DNA of 64,000 nucleotides from Clostridia bacterium (GCA_045654505.1 JAZONM010000009.1:135-64134); one strand, 5' to 3'; positions 48,523 through 57,737 are shown, counted from the stretch's first letter. Program-made: numbers and translations. The notes: generated from the letters alone by a model not told the origin.

Positions 48523-48642
48523 AAAGAAATAAAAAATCGACCTTGTGTCGATTTTTTTATTTATTGTGTATTGATATCATTGTTTGATATATCTTAATCG
48601 ATAATATCAATATTGAGTTGTAGTTATAGATAGTATTGTATT
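48523..48642. repeat. Direct repeat copy A (terminator plus decayed gene 3' end)
   Basis: Aligns by eye to 50400..50519. The first 36 nt are near-identical (AAAGAAATAAAAAATCGACyTTGTGTCGATTTTTTT), and identity is roughly 75-80% through about 120 nt. Confidence 0.75.
48561..48642 (-). pseudogene. Decayed 3' fragment homologous to the C-terminus of the 749-aa lipoprotein gene
   Basis: The minus strand reads ...DIID*DISNNDINTQ*, compared with the intact ...MLDIINQGTVNNGINTL*. It has in-frame stops and no upstream ORF. Confidence 0.6.
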
Positions 48643-48670
48643 GATAATATTATTAGGATAATATATTCAA

Positions 48671-49372
48671 TTACAAGCGATCAATTTTGATTGATGAAAT
48701 ATTTAGTGTGTCGATTTTTAAACAGTTTTCAACAATAACCTCAGCAACTCTTGTTGGATTCATATATTTATCTGAAATCTCTTTAGGGGTGTAGTATCTT
48801 ATGTTATCATAAAATGGGGTATTTATACCGCCTGGGAAAACACCTATAACCTTGATATTTGTATCTGCCAACTCAATTTTTAAAGCGTTTGTAAATCCTT
48901 TCATGGCGTATTTTGCACAACAATACATGCTTTCCATTGGTTTTCCTAGTAATGCCGCGCTTGACATAACATTAACAATTTTGCCAGCATTATTTTTTTT
49001 CATGTAAGGTAGGGTATTGGCTGTCATAAGAATTGCTCCAAATGCACATTCCAAAACAACATCTAGTTTTTCTTTGCTGTTTTCAGAGAAATGGCATGCT
49101 TTGATTGTAGCGGCATTATTGATTAAATATGCTATATTATAATTTTCGCCAATAGTTTTGATGGTGTTTTTAACAAATTCTTCATCGACAACATTTCCAA
49201 GAAATGTCAAAAGATCTACGTTTTTGATTTGTTTTTTTAATGCATATACTTTTTCCATATAATCAGGGTTTTTATCTATAATTGCTACATTATAGTCTCT
49301 ATCTAAGAAGAGTTTTGCCATTTCAAAACCTATTCCAGAAGCAGCGCCGGTAATAATAATTATGTCTTTCAT
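48671..49372 (-). CDS. Short-chain dehydrogenase/reductase (classical SDR)
   Basis: Cofactor motif TGAASGIGFE, NNAA, catalytic Ser (MSSAA) and YxxxK (YCCAKYAMK), and PGGINTP. Confidence 0.85.
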   Translation of the reverse strand: MKDIIIITGAASGIGFEMAKLFLDRDYNVAIIDKNPDYMEKVYALKKQIKNVDLLTFLGNVVDEEFVKNTIKTIGENYNIAYLINNAATIKACHFSENSKEKLDVVLECAFGAILMTANTLPYMKKNNAGKIVNVMSSAALLGKPMESMYCCAKYAMKGFTNALKIELADTNIKVIGVFPGGINTPFYDNIRYYTPKEISDKYMNPTRVAEVIVENCLKIDTLNISSIKIDRL

Positions 49373-50220
49373 TATTTAATCCTCCTAGCATATATTTCAG
49401 CAATTGCAATGGCGTTTTTGTTGTTAGCATTATCAATAGCAATTCTTGCAATATCCCTTGGGGAAATTTTGTTTCCTGATGGATATTTTTTAACATTTGA
49501 AGCATCGTATGATGACCAAAAATCGCTATCTACTGCGCCGGTATAAACTTTTAAAACATGTGACACCTTATCGTCAGTTTCGCAAGTCTTGTATATACTG
49601 TCAAAGAAACCATCCATGCCATGATATGCTGCTGAGTGTGCTGTTTCATTAGCAAGACCTAGCTTTGTGGCTTTTTCGTGGAGTATACATATAATTTTCG
49701 ATTCGTCCATCAAGTCGTAAAATATAGAGCATGCCAAAACACTAGTATATATTGGTCCTCTAAAATTTTGATAAATACTATCAAATGTATTGTTTTCGAC
49801 TTTATCAAATTTACTATTATTTTCAGTAAATACTAGTTTTGATATTTTGTATTTTGACAGATTTTTTTTAATTTTAAGAAGGTCTTCTTCATTTGCTCCA
49901 TCAGCATTGTAAATAAATGAGTGAGTGCAATTGCCAAATTCCTTTATGGCTTTCAATACTTGTTTTTCATCATTGCTAATAAAGCAAACATGTTCACCCT
50001 TTTCATATAGATATGTTGATATTTCAAAGCCTATATTATCCATACCGCCAAAAACTACATTGATGGTAGGTTTTTGATTTAATTTAGTGTCTTCCGGAAC
50101 AATCCAAGTTTTGCCGACTTTTGCTGCACCAATAATAACTCCGTCTTGACATAATCTTCTTACATATCTTTCCGAAACGTTGAGTTTTTGAGCTGCTTGG
50201 CTTATAGATATATAATTCAT
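49372..50220 (-). CDS. HTH (excisionase/MerR-like) DNA-binding domain fused to a degenerate SDR-like domain
   Basis: N-terminus ISISQAAQKLNVSERYVRRLCQDGVIIGAAKVGKTWIVPED. The C-terminal domain is paralogous to the downstream SDR, but its motifs are eroded: FGGMDNIG replaces TGxxxGIG and YHGMD replaces YxxxK. The stop overlaps the SDR ATG (TAATG). Confidence 0.7.
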   Translation of the reverse strand: MNYISISQAAQKLNVSERYVRRLCQDGVIIGAAKVGKTWIVPEDTKLNQKPTINVVFGGMDNIGFEISTYLYEKGEHVCFISNDEKQVLKAIKEFGNCTHSFIYNADGANEEDLLKIKKNLSKYKISKLVFTENNSKFDKVENNTFDSIYQNFRGPIYTSVLACSIFYDLMDESKIICILHEKATKLGLANETAHSAAYHGMDGFFDSIYKTCETDDKVSHVLKVYTGAVDSDFWSSYDASNVKKYPSGNKISPRDIARIAIDNANNKNAIAIAEIYARRIK

Positions 50221-50246
50221 ATTGCCTCCTTAATTACTTCCTTATT

Positions 50247-50285
50247 TGGTACTAATATTGTACCAGATAAAACAATGTTAGTCAA
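50247..50285 (-). promoter_or_regulatory. sigmaA promoter with overlapping 19-bp palindromic operator
   Basis: On the minus strand: TTGACT (50285-50280), 17-nt spacer, TACAAT (50262-50257). The palindrome TGGTAC-N7-GTACCA (50247-50265) covers the -10 element. Confidence 0.55.
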
Positions 50286-50399
50286 ATATGTTGTATTTAT
50301 TGTTAATTAAATATAGCAAATTTTATCTATTGGCTGTTATCATTCTTTTAAAATTTGAATAGAGTAAATTTTACTTTTATATTTAGAGTTGTTTGCGAA

Positions 50400-50519
50400 A
50401 AAGAAATAAAAAATCGACTTTGTGTCGATTTTTTTTGTTTATAGTGTATTGATTCCATTGTTTACTGTGCCTTGATTGATAATATCAAGCATTGTGTTGT
50501 AACCATAGGTATTTGTATT
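50400..50519. repeat. Direct repeat copy B (terminator plus intact 3' end of the 749-aa gene)
   Basis: See copy A. It includes the bidirectional hairpin AAAAAATCGAC / GTCGATTTTTT (50408-50436). Confidence 0.75.
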
Positions 50520-52688
50520 ATTATTTCGATTCATGTTGTTTTGGATTGTATTTCCATTATTGCCGTACTCAGCATTATTGTTTGTGCCATTGTTTTTTAT
50601 TTCGCCGTCATTAGTATAGTAATAACCGCCATATCCGTCATTATTGTTTAGATTGTTTTGATTGATGACTGAGTTTTTGTAGATATTATCATTGATGAGA
50701 TTTCCGCCTGCTGTTCCGTTGATTATGTTTTCGTCGTTTGCGATACTATTGCTGAAGGCATTGTTGTTTGTGTTGCTTGGCACGGGATTTGTGTTGTCGA
50801 ATGCAGGGTTTGGAATGTCGTTTATTGTGTTGTTTGTGTCAATATTGTTCTCTGCATTTTCATTTACAATATTTTCGGAGTTGTTTTCTTCTGTAATACT
50901 ATCGCTACTGTCATCTTCTGATGGACGGTATGTGTCTATATTTTTAATAGTATTTTTTTCTTTATTCTCTAAATCATTGTCTATGTTTTCATTTTTTGTA
51001 GTACTATATTCATTTTCATTTTTGACGTCTTGGTTTGCTAAACTATCTTCCTCAATCGATTCAGTTGTTGAATCGGAGTGAGTAGGGTCAATTACCACGA
51101 TTTCAATTTCTTCGTTTTCTATTTTGTCTAGTAATTCATTATTTGTGTTTACGCTATTATCAGTGTGTTGATTATTACTGTCTGCTTTTTGAGCAATGTC
51201 AATATCTGTCTCAGAGTCATTCACAGTATTATCGTCTTCATTGAGATTGTTGTCAGTTGTGTTATCTTGAATATCTATTGTATTGTTATCAATAATATCG
51301 TCTGGCGTTGATTCGTAAACATTGTTATTGTTTAGTTCGTCAATTATTTGATCGATTTCTTGGTCGCTGACATCTGATTGATTTAATGCATCTTCAAGCA
51401 AATATCGAATTTGCTCAAGGGTTGCTATTGCACTTTCGTGATATGTTATTCGTGTGTCAAGGTGATTGATAAGTTTCATATAATTGCTATTCAGTACATC
51501 AACACTTGATGCGATTGATGTTGGCACATTGCTATTGATTGTTGTGATTTCATTTTCCAAATCACCATTACAATTTTTCAATCTTTTTATTATTGTCTTA
51601 ATGTCTTGTATATAATTATTTATTGCTTGAAGTTGTTGGATAGTGGGTGCACATTCACCATTGATAATACAATTATTTAGGTCGCGAACTTCGTCGATTG
51701 TGTCAAGAAGTTCTACTTTAGTGATTCTCAAGACATTGTTGGCTTCTAAAGCGTCTTCGGTCATTGCGTATAATCTTTGTACTTTGTATAGATAATTTGA
51801 CAATTGGTCATTGATATTTGATTCATTATATTCGCTTACAAATCTAGGATTATATCTTAGTTTTAATGGTCGAAAACTATCAGTGGTGAAGTAATACATT
51901 TTGATTTTATCAGTAGTACTTTTCTCATTGTCGGCAAGTGTTTCATTATTAGATTCTTCAATTGATTCGTCTTTTACGGTGTCTGTAATTGAGGTTGTAT
52001 TCTCGTCTGTAGGGTTATCTTCTATTGGAATAATTTCATAGTTTTTATCAAAAGTAGGATCTTCGATAAATTCATAATCTACTGGATTTTCCTTTAAAGT
52101 TTTGTTTTCTATGGTGCTATCGATATTTATATGTTGGGGCTTATAAGATGTTGATTGAGTTTTTTCTATAAGATAACTTTTATTACATGAATCACAGATG
52201 TTTTCATTATTTAAACATAACTTATTTTCACAGTAGCGACAATTTCCATTTTCGTCACAAAGTATGCCTTGATTGCAATTATTGCAGAACCCGTTTTCGT
52301 CGCAGGAGTATGTGTTGTTGCAGTTGTTGCAATAACCGTTGTTGTTTAAGCTTAGTCTTTCTTGTATTTCATTTTTCATAATGTTATCTAAAGAAATGTT
52401 GGTATTTTCATCATCTGTTTGTTTGATTGTCTTACTAAAATTATTACTAAATACGGATAACATTTCGTTGTTTTTACTCATATTTATTGTTTTTTGCACA
52501 CTGTATATATCTGGGTTGTTTATATAGTTGTTGTCAATAGTATCTAAGTTGTTGACAACAGAATATAGTTTGTTTAAATTTGCATTAAGTTTTTTGCTTG
52601 TATTTTCTTGTGTATCTGAGTTTGCGCATCCACATATAAATATAGATGTTAGTGCTATAGATATAGCTGATATTATTATTTTTTTCAT
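50439..52688 (-). CDS. Asn/Asp-rich lipoprotein with CxxC repeat block, function unknown
   Basis: Signal peptide plus lipobox (MKKIIISAISIALTSIFICGC). Cys block CNNCNNTYSCDENGFCNNCNQGILCDENGNCRYCENKLC...CDSC, a central predicted helical region, and a long N/D/E/T low-complexity tail. GGAGG RBS. Confidence 0.65.
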   Translation of the reverse strand: MKKIIISAISIALTSIFICGCANSDTQENTSKKLNANLNKLYSVVNNLDTIDNNYINNPDIYSVQKTINMSKNNEMLSVFSNNFSKTIKQTDDENTNISLDNIMKNEIQERLSLNNNGYCNNCNNTYSCDENGFCNNCNQGILCDENGNCRYCENKLCLNNENICDSCNKSYLIEKTQSTSYKPQHINIDSTIENKTLKENPVDYEFIEDPTFDKNYEIIPIEDNPTDENTTSITDTVKDESIEESNNETLADNEKSTTDKIKMYYFTTDSFRPLKLRYNPRFVSEYNESNINDQLSNYLYKVQRLYAMTEDALEANNVLRITKVELLDTIDEVRDLNNCIINGECAPTIQQLQAINNYIQDIKTIIKRLKNCNGDLENEITTINSNVPTSIASSVDVLNSNYMKLINHLDTRITYHESAIATLEQIRYLLEDALNQSDVSDQEIDQIIDELNNNNVYESTPDDIIDNNTIDIQDNTTDNNLNEDDNTVNDSETDIDIAQKADSNNQHTDNSVNTNNELLDKIENEEIEIVVIDPTHSDSTTESIEEDSLANQDVKNENEYSTTKNENIDNDLENKEKNTIKNIDTYRPSEDDSSDSITEENNSENIVNENAENNIDTNNTINDIPNPAFDNTNPVPSNTNNNAFSNSIANDENIINGTAGGNLINDNIYKNSVINQNNLNNNDGYGGYYYTNDGEIKNNGTNNNAEYGNNGNTIQNNMNRNNNTNTYGYNTMLDIINQGTVNNGINTL

Positions 52689-52812
52689 ATAAAATATTCC
52701 TCCATAAGTTGTTTTTAGTTTGGCAATAAATTTCGATTTTATTTATGGATTTTTAAAGTATAAAAAAAAATATTAGGTCAATTATTTTTCTGTTGGTAAG
52801 GTGAGATTTTTT

Positions 52813-53259
52813 ATGGATAGCAAAGAAAGAAATAAACATTATAATGAATACATTGACAAAAAAATACCTCAAACGAAACAATTTCCTACATTGATATACG
52901 CATTTCTTGTGGGTGGTATTATTTGTTGTGTCGGTCAGGGAATTTTGGATGCATTGATGGCGATCTTTCCTACAATGACTATTGATGAAGCTACGTCATG
53001 GATGCTGATTATTTTGATATTTATTGCAAGTCTACTTACTGGTCTTGGTGTATATGATAGGATTGGAGTTTTTGCTGGTGCAGGTTCTATTGTTCCGATA
53101 ACTGGTTTTTCAAACTCTATTGCAAGCCCTGCGATTGAATTTAAAAAAGAAGGTATTATTTTTGGTCTTTGTGTAAAGATGTTTTCAATTGCTGGGCCTG
53201 TTATTGTAAATGGTGTCGCCATATCTGTTGTGGTCGGATTGATATATTTGATTATATAG
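52813..53259 (+). CDS. spoVAC: Stage V sporulation protein AC
   Basis: Contains LVGGIICCVGQ and GAGSIVPITGFSNSI. AAGGTGAG precedes the ATG at 52813. Confidence 0.85.
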   Translation: MDSKERNKHYNEYIDKKIPQTKQFPTLIYAFLVGGIICCVGQGILDALMAIFPTMTIDEATSWMLIILIFIASLLTGLGVYDRIGVFAGAGSIVPITGFSNSIASPAIEFKKEGIIFGLCVKMFSIAGPVIVNGVAISVVVGLIYLII

Positions 53260-53266
53260 GTGTTGT

Positions 53267-54274
53267 ATGAGAAAAAATCAAACAATTTATTTTAAAAATA
53301 AGCCACGAATAATAGGTAATTATTCTATTGTTGGTAGTAAAGAAGGTCATGGGAATTTTAAAACATATTTTCATAGAATTTTGGATGATGATTTGCAGGG
53401 TGAAAAATCATTCGAGCATAGCGAAAGAAGGATTGCTATAGACGTAATTGAGGGAGCTATCAAAAATGCTGGTTTGAATAAAAAAGATATTGATATTATG
53501 CTAAGTGGTGACTTGTTGAATCAAATTATTTCATCTAGTTTTGCAGCTCGAGAAGTGGAGATACCTTATCTTGGGCTGTATGGCGCGTGTTCTACTATGG
53601 CTCTTACTCTTGCTGTGGGGAGCTTATTGGTAGATGGTGGATATGTTGAGAGAGTTACATGCTCGACTGTAAGTCACTTTAGTTCTGTCGAAAGACAGTA
53701 CAGATATCCGCTTGAATTAGGCAATCAGAGACCACCGACAAGTCAGTGGACAATAACTGGAGGTGGTTGTGCTGTTTTGTCTCGTAAGGGTAGAGGTCCT
53801 TATATTAGTTGTGTTACTTTTGGGAAAGTTGTTGATTACGGAGTGATGGACGTGAATAATATGGGTGGTGCTATGGCGCCTGCAGCAATGGATACATTAC
53901 TTACGCACTTTAAAAACACGAATACAAAGCCTGAAGATTATGACTTGATAGTTACAGGTGATTTGGGTAAATTTGGTAGTGATGTATTACTAGATTTAAT
54001 GGAAAATAAAGGTGTGAAATTGGGGCAAAACTATTCGGATTGTGGTCAGATGATATTCAATGATAATCAAAAAACGTTTCAAGGTGGAAGCGGAGCTGGT
54101 TGTAGTGCTGCTGTTTTCAATTCATATATCTTAGATAAATTGAAGAAGGGTGAGTTAAAAAAAGTGCTTTTTGCGCCTACTGGCGCATTGCTTAGTCCAA
54201 TGAGTAGTCAGCAAGGAGATAGCATACCTGGTATTTGCCATGCTATAGTAATTGAGAGTGAGGTGGGTCTGTAA
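53267..54274 (+). CDS. spoVAD: Stage V sporulation protein AD (thiolase-like fold)
   Basis: 335 aa. Contains GDLLNQIISSSFAAREVEIPYLGLYGACST and PTGALLSP. It sits between spoVAC and spoVAE. Confidence 0.9.
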   Translation: MRKNQTIYFKNKPRIIGNYSIVGSKEGHGNFKTYFHRILDDDLQGEKSFEHSERRIAIDVIEGAIKNAGLNKKDIDIMLSGDLLNQIISSSFAAREVEIPYLGLYGACSTMALTLAVGSLLVDGGYVERVTCSTVSHFSSVERQYRYPLELGNQRPPTSQWTITGGGCAVLSRKGRGPYISCVTFGKVVDYGVMDVNNMGGAMAPAAMDTLLTHFKNTNTKPEDYDLIVTGDLGKFGSDVLLDLMENKGVKLGQNYSDCGQMIFNDNQKTFQGGSGAGCSAAVFNSYILDKLKKGELKKVLFAPTGALLSPMSSQQGDSIPGICHAIVIESEVGL

Positions 54275-54636
54275 TGTTGTTGTATTTAAAAGTTTTTTTA
54301 GTAGGGGGTCTTATTTGCATGCTTGGGCAAGTGCTTATCATACGCACAAATATTACAAGTGCTAGGATTCTTGTACTGTTTGTTTGTATAGGTGCAGTGC
54401 TTGAGGCGTTTGATCTGTATGATCCGATCGTTGCTTTTGCGAGTGCGGGGGCGACTGTACCAATAACAGGTTTTGGCCGTAGCCTCGCCAAAGGGGCAAT
54501 AGATGCAGTGAAAGAAAAAGGGATTCTTGGTGCATTTACCGGAGGCTTGACGGCGACTGCAGGTGGTATTGCGGCGGCTGTTGTGTTTGCATATATATTT
54601 GCTCTTATATTTAATAGTAAAACTAAGAAATATTGA
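54274..54636 (+). CDS. spoVAE: Stage V sporulation protein AE (AEB-type)
   Basis: 120-aa membrane protein. GATVPITGFG parallels SpoVAC. The start overlaps the spoVAD stop. Confidence 0.85.
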   Translation: MLLYLKVFLVGGLICMLGQVLIIRTNITSARILVLFVCIGAVLEAFDLYDPIVAFASAGATVPITGFGRSLAKGAIDAVKEKGILGAFTGGLTATAGGIAAAVVFAYIFALIFNSKTKKY

Positions 54637-54677
54637 TTTTGAATAATATATTTATTTGTACAAGCATATAAATTTAT

Positions 54678-55361
54678 ATGCGAAAAATGAGGCGTGTAAA
54701 AATTAAGGAACATCTGGCTCGAAATAAGAAGAGGTACAAAATTCTCTTATTGGTAAGCGTGGGTGTCCTTTTTTGTATCCTTGTCTTTGGTTTGCTTATA
54801 AATCCTGTGCTCATCGGAACGATAGAGTTGAAAACAAAATCGGTGTCCACTAAGGCAATCAATGCTGCTGTGGGAAATGTTGTGAAAAATGGTGTTGTGT
54901 ATGAAGATTTGGTTAATATTATAACTGATGAATTGGGAAATATAACAATGATACAGGCAAATGCTTTGGAGATAAATAACTTATCTAAAGAACTTGCCCA
55001 AACTACAGAAAAGATGATTGAAAGTTATGGGGAATTGGGTGTGGGAATACCATTAGGCTCATTTTCTGGTATCCCTATTCTCGCAGGTGTGGGTCCTGAT
55101 GTGAATTTAAAAATAACGCCTATTGGTGCTGTGAATTGTAAATTTATCTCAAAATTCGAACAAGCTGGCATCAACCAAACTATTCACAGAATTTACATAA
55201 ATATCAATGCTAATGTCGGTATCGTAATGCCTTTATATACAAAGAAATTTGTATCCACTCAAGAAGTACTTATAAGTGAAAGTATAATTGTGGGTAGCGT
55301 GCCAGAGGTGTATCTGTATAGTGATAGTTTGTCTACACTTCTAAACTTTGTACCATACTAA
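54678..55361 (+). CDS. yunB: Sporulation protein YunB
   Basis: N-terminal TM; GIPLGSFSGIPILAGVGPDVNLKITPIGAV...AGINQTIHRIYI...ESIIVGSVPEVY matches the YunB family pattern. Confidence 0.7.
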   Translation: MRKMRRVKIKEHLARNKKRYKILLLVSVGVLFCILVFGLLINPVLIGTIELKTKSVSTKAINAAVGNVVKNGVVYEDLVNIITDELGNITMIQANALEINNLSKELAQTTEKMIESYGELGVGIPLGSFSGIPILAGVGPDVNLKITPIGAVNCKFISKFEQAGINQTIHRIYININANVGIVMPLYTKKFVSTQEVLISESIIVGSVPEVYLYSDSLSTLLNFVPY

Positions 55362-55418
55362 TTATGATTGAAATATGTTTTGTCTTGTGTTATACTACGT
55401 ATGACTTGAGGTGAAAAT

Positions 55419-56558
55419 ATGGTTTTTTTTGACAATGCAAGTACGACTAAAGTGTATCCAGAAGTGAATGAAATGTTATTGTATTATAACAATATTGAAT
55501 ACTATAATGCTGGTGGTTTGTATAAATCCGCTACAGAAATTTCTAATAAGATATCATTTGCTCGTCATAATATTCTGAAAATGCTTGGAGGTAAAATTGG
55601 TGACAATTTTGTCTTCACAAGTGGTGCTACTGAAGCCAATAATATGGTAATAAATTTTGCTAAAAAATTTAAAAAAGGAAAATTTTTATTTTCGGTTGGT
55701 GAACATCCATCAGTGTATAATACTGCGCTTGAAATGAGAAACCAGGGATTTAATGTCGATTTTGTAAATCTAGATAGTAGTGGTAAAGTGGATATATTGG
55801 ATTATGAATCAAAACTCACTAGTGATGTTGTTTTTGTTTCAATCATGCATGTATCAAATGAGACTGGTGCTATAAATCCGATAAAAAAACTATGTGAAAT
55901 AGCGAAAAAAGTCAATAAAAACATAGTTTTTCATAGTGATGGCGTACAAGCAGTAGGAAAAATATCTGTTAATCTTTCGCAGTTGGGTGTAGATTTATAT
56001 ACTATAAGTGCACATAAGATTCATGGTCCTAAAGGGGTGGGTGGACTTTATATTAAAAGTGGTATATCAATTAAGCCTTTTATTTTTGGTGGTGGACAAG
56101 AGAATGGTCTTAGAAGCGGAACTGAAAATGTGGGCGGAATATTGGCTTTTGATAGGGCACTTCAAATATCGATTTCTCATTTGGACGAAAGTTATGATAA
56201 AATAACATTATTAAAAAAACAATTATTGAGCAATTTTGAAAATTTTGATTATAAACCAAAAATTGTCTCCTCTGAAGATTCCTCTCCTTATGTTGTTTCC
56301 TTTTTGTGCCAAAACTTGCGTGGTGAAACATTGTTGCACAAACTTGATGATTGTGGTTTTATGGTGGGTAATGGTTCGGCTTGCAGTAGCAAGAGGAAAG
56401 GTAATAGAATCTTGGAAAATATGGGTTATTCGGATAGTGAAATTGAGGGAGCTTTAAGGGTTAGTTTTTCATTTGACAATACTATAGAGGAAGTTGATAA
56501 TTTTACGAAGGCCTTAAATGCTGTAATAATTGATTATAAAAAAGGTACGGGTAGATAA
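55419..56558 (+). CDS. Cysteine desulfurase (class V aminotransferase, NifS/IscS-like)
   Basis: PLP-lysine context SAHKIHGPKGVGGLY and catalytic Cys loop GSACSS. It is paired with thiI. Confidence 0.9.
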   Translation: MVFFDNASTTKVYPEVNEMLLYYNNIEYYNAGGLYKSATEISNKISFARHNILKMLGGKIGDNFVFTSGATEANNMVINFAKKFKKGKFLFSVGEHPSVYNTALEMRNQGFNVDFVNLDSSGKVDILDYESKLTSDVVFVSIMHVSNETGAINPIKKLCEIAKKVNKNIVFHSDGVQAVGKISVNLSQLGVDLYTISAHKIHGPKGVGGLYIKSGISIKPFIFGGGQENGLRSGTENVGGILAFDRALQISISHLDESYDKITLLKKQLLSNFENFDYKPKIVSSEDSSPYVVSFLCQNLRGETLLHKLDDCGFMVGNGSACSSKRKGNRILENMGYSDSEIEGALRVSFSFDNTIEEVDNFTKALNAVIIDYKKGTGR

Positions 56559-57713
56559 ATGAACAGGGCAGTTTTGATTAGATATGGTGAATTGTTTTTA
56601 AAAGGAAAAAATAAGAACTATTTTGAAAAAGTATTAGCTGATAATATAAAGAGACAACTTTCAGAATTTGAATATACTTTTTACAAAACATCGGGTAGAT
56701 ATTTTATAACAAATTACGATTTGGATATAGAAGAGCAGATTATTGACAAACTTACTAAAGTATTTGGTATACATTCAATAAGTCCTTGCGATATGGTAGA
56801 TTCTGTTGTTGACACAATTGAAAATATTGTCTCGAATATTCGACTTAGAGGTACTTTTAAGGTGAAAGTGAATAGAGCGGATAAATCCTTTCCTTTTAAT
56901 TCGCAAGAATACAGTGCGCGTCTAGGTGGTATAATTCTGAAAAATAATAATGATCTTAGTGTTGATATTAGGAATCCTCAGAATATAGTTTCGGTCGACA
57001 TTCGTGAAAATAAGAAAACCTTTATTTTCTCTGAAAGTATTAAAGGAGCTATGGGTTTGCCTTTAGGAACTGGGGGAAAGGGGCTGTTGTTGTTGTCGGG
57101 TGGAATTGATAGCCCTGTTGCGGGTTATACAATGGCAAAGCGTGGTCTTACTTTAAGTGCTTTGCATTTTCATAGTTATCCATATACTAGCCAACAAGCT
57201 CGCGATAAAGTAATTGAACTTGCAAAAATAATGACGGAATATACTGGTCCCATAAAACTTTATGTTTGTTCGTTTACAAAAATTCAAGAAGCAATACATA
57301 AAAATTGTCGTGATGATTTTATGATTACGATCATGCGTCGTATTATGATGCGTATTGCTGAAAGGTTGTGTTTGAAAAAGGGTCTGCAGACAATAATTAC
57401 TGGTGAAAGTCTAGGTCAAGTAGCTAGTCAAACTATTGAGAGTATTACAGTTACGAATAGTGTAATCAAGACATTGCCTGTTATGAGGCCGCTTATCGCT
57501 ATGGATAAGGAGGATATCATTACAATTGCGGAGAAAATAAATACTTTTAAAACTTCTATTTTGCCTTATGAAGATTGTTGTACAGTTTTCTTGCCGGATC
57601 ATCCTATAATAAAACCAAAGATATCTACTGCTGAGGAAGAAGAGCAAAAGCTTGATATCGAATCCTTGATAGAAGAGGCTATGAGTACAATCGAAGTTAT
57701 TGATGTAAGATAG
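56559..57713 (+). CDS. thiI: tRNA 4-thiouridine synthase ThiI
   Basis: THUMP N-terminus and PP-loop LLLSGGIDSPVA. Confidence 0.9.
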   Translation: MNRAVLIRYGELFLKGKNKNYFEKVLADNIKRQLSEFEYTFYKTSGRYFITNYDLDIEEQIIDKLTKVFGIHSISPCDMVDSVVDTIENIVSNIRLRGTFKVKVNRADKSFPFNSQEYSARLGGIILKNNNDLSVDIRNPQNIVSVDIRENKKTFIFSESIKGAMGLPLGTGGKGLLLLSGGIDSPVAGYTMAKRGLTLSALHFHSYPYTSQQARDKVIELAKIMTEYTGPIKLYVCSFTKIQEAIHKNCRDDFMITIMRRIMMRIAERLCLKKGLQTIITGESLGQVASQTIESITVTNSVIKTLPVMRPLIAMDKEDIITIAEKINTFKTSILPYEDCCTVFLPDHPIIKPKISTAEEEEQKLDIESLIEEAMSTIEVIDVR

Positions 57714-57737
57714 GTATGAATAATATGTAGAAAATTG

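Noticed and set aside
47369-52700. The accessory stretch as a mobile genetic element, prophage remnant or defence island
   Set aside because: There is no integrase, transposase, recombinase, phage structural gene or nuclease/helicase/ATPase defence-type gene. The tRNA 3' end is not duplicated. Only the 120-bp direct repeats and a compositional shift are seen, and these are reported as such.
52689-52812. sigG/sigF-type promoter for spoVAC, and a sigmaA promoter for the divergent lipoprotein gene
   Set aside because: The best candidates fit poorly. GTATA-N17/18-AATTATT for the forespore sigmas has the wrong -10 residues, and TTGACC with TACTTT at a 15-nt spacing has poor spacing. I am not confident enough to annotate either.
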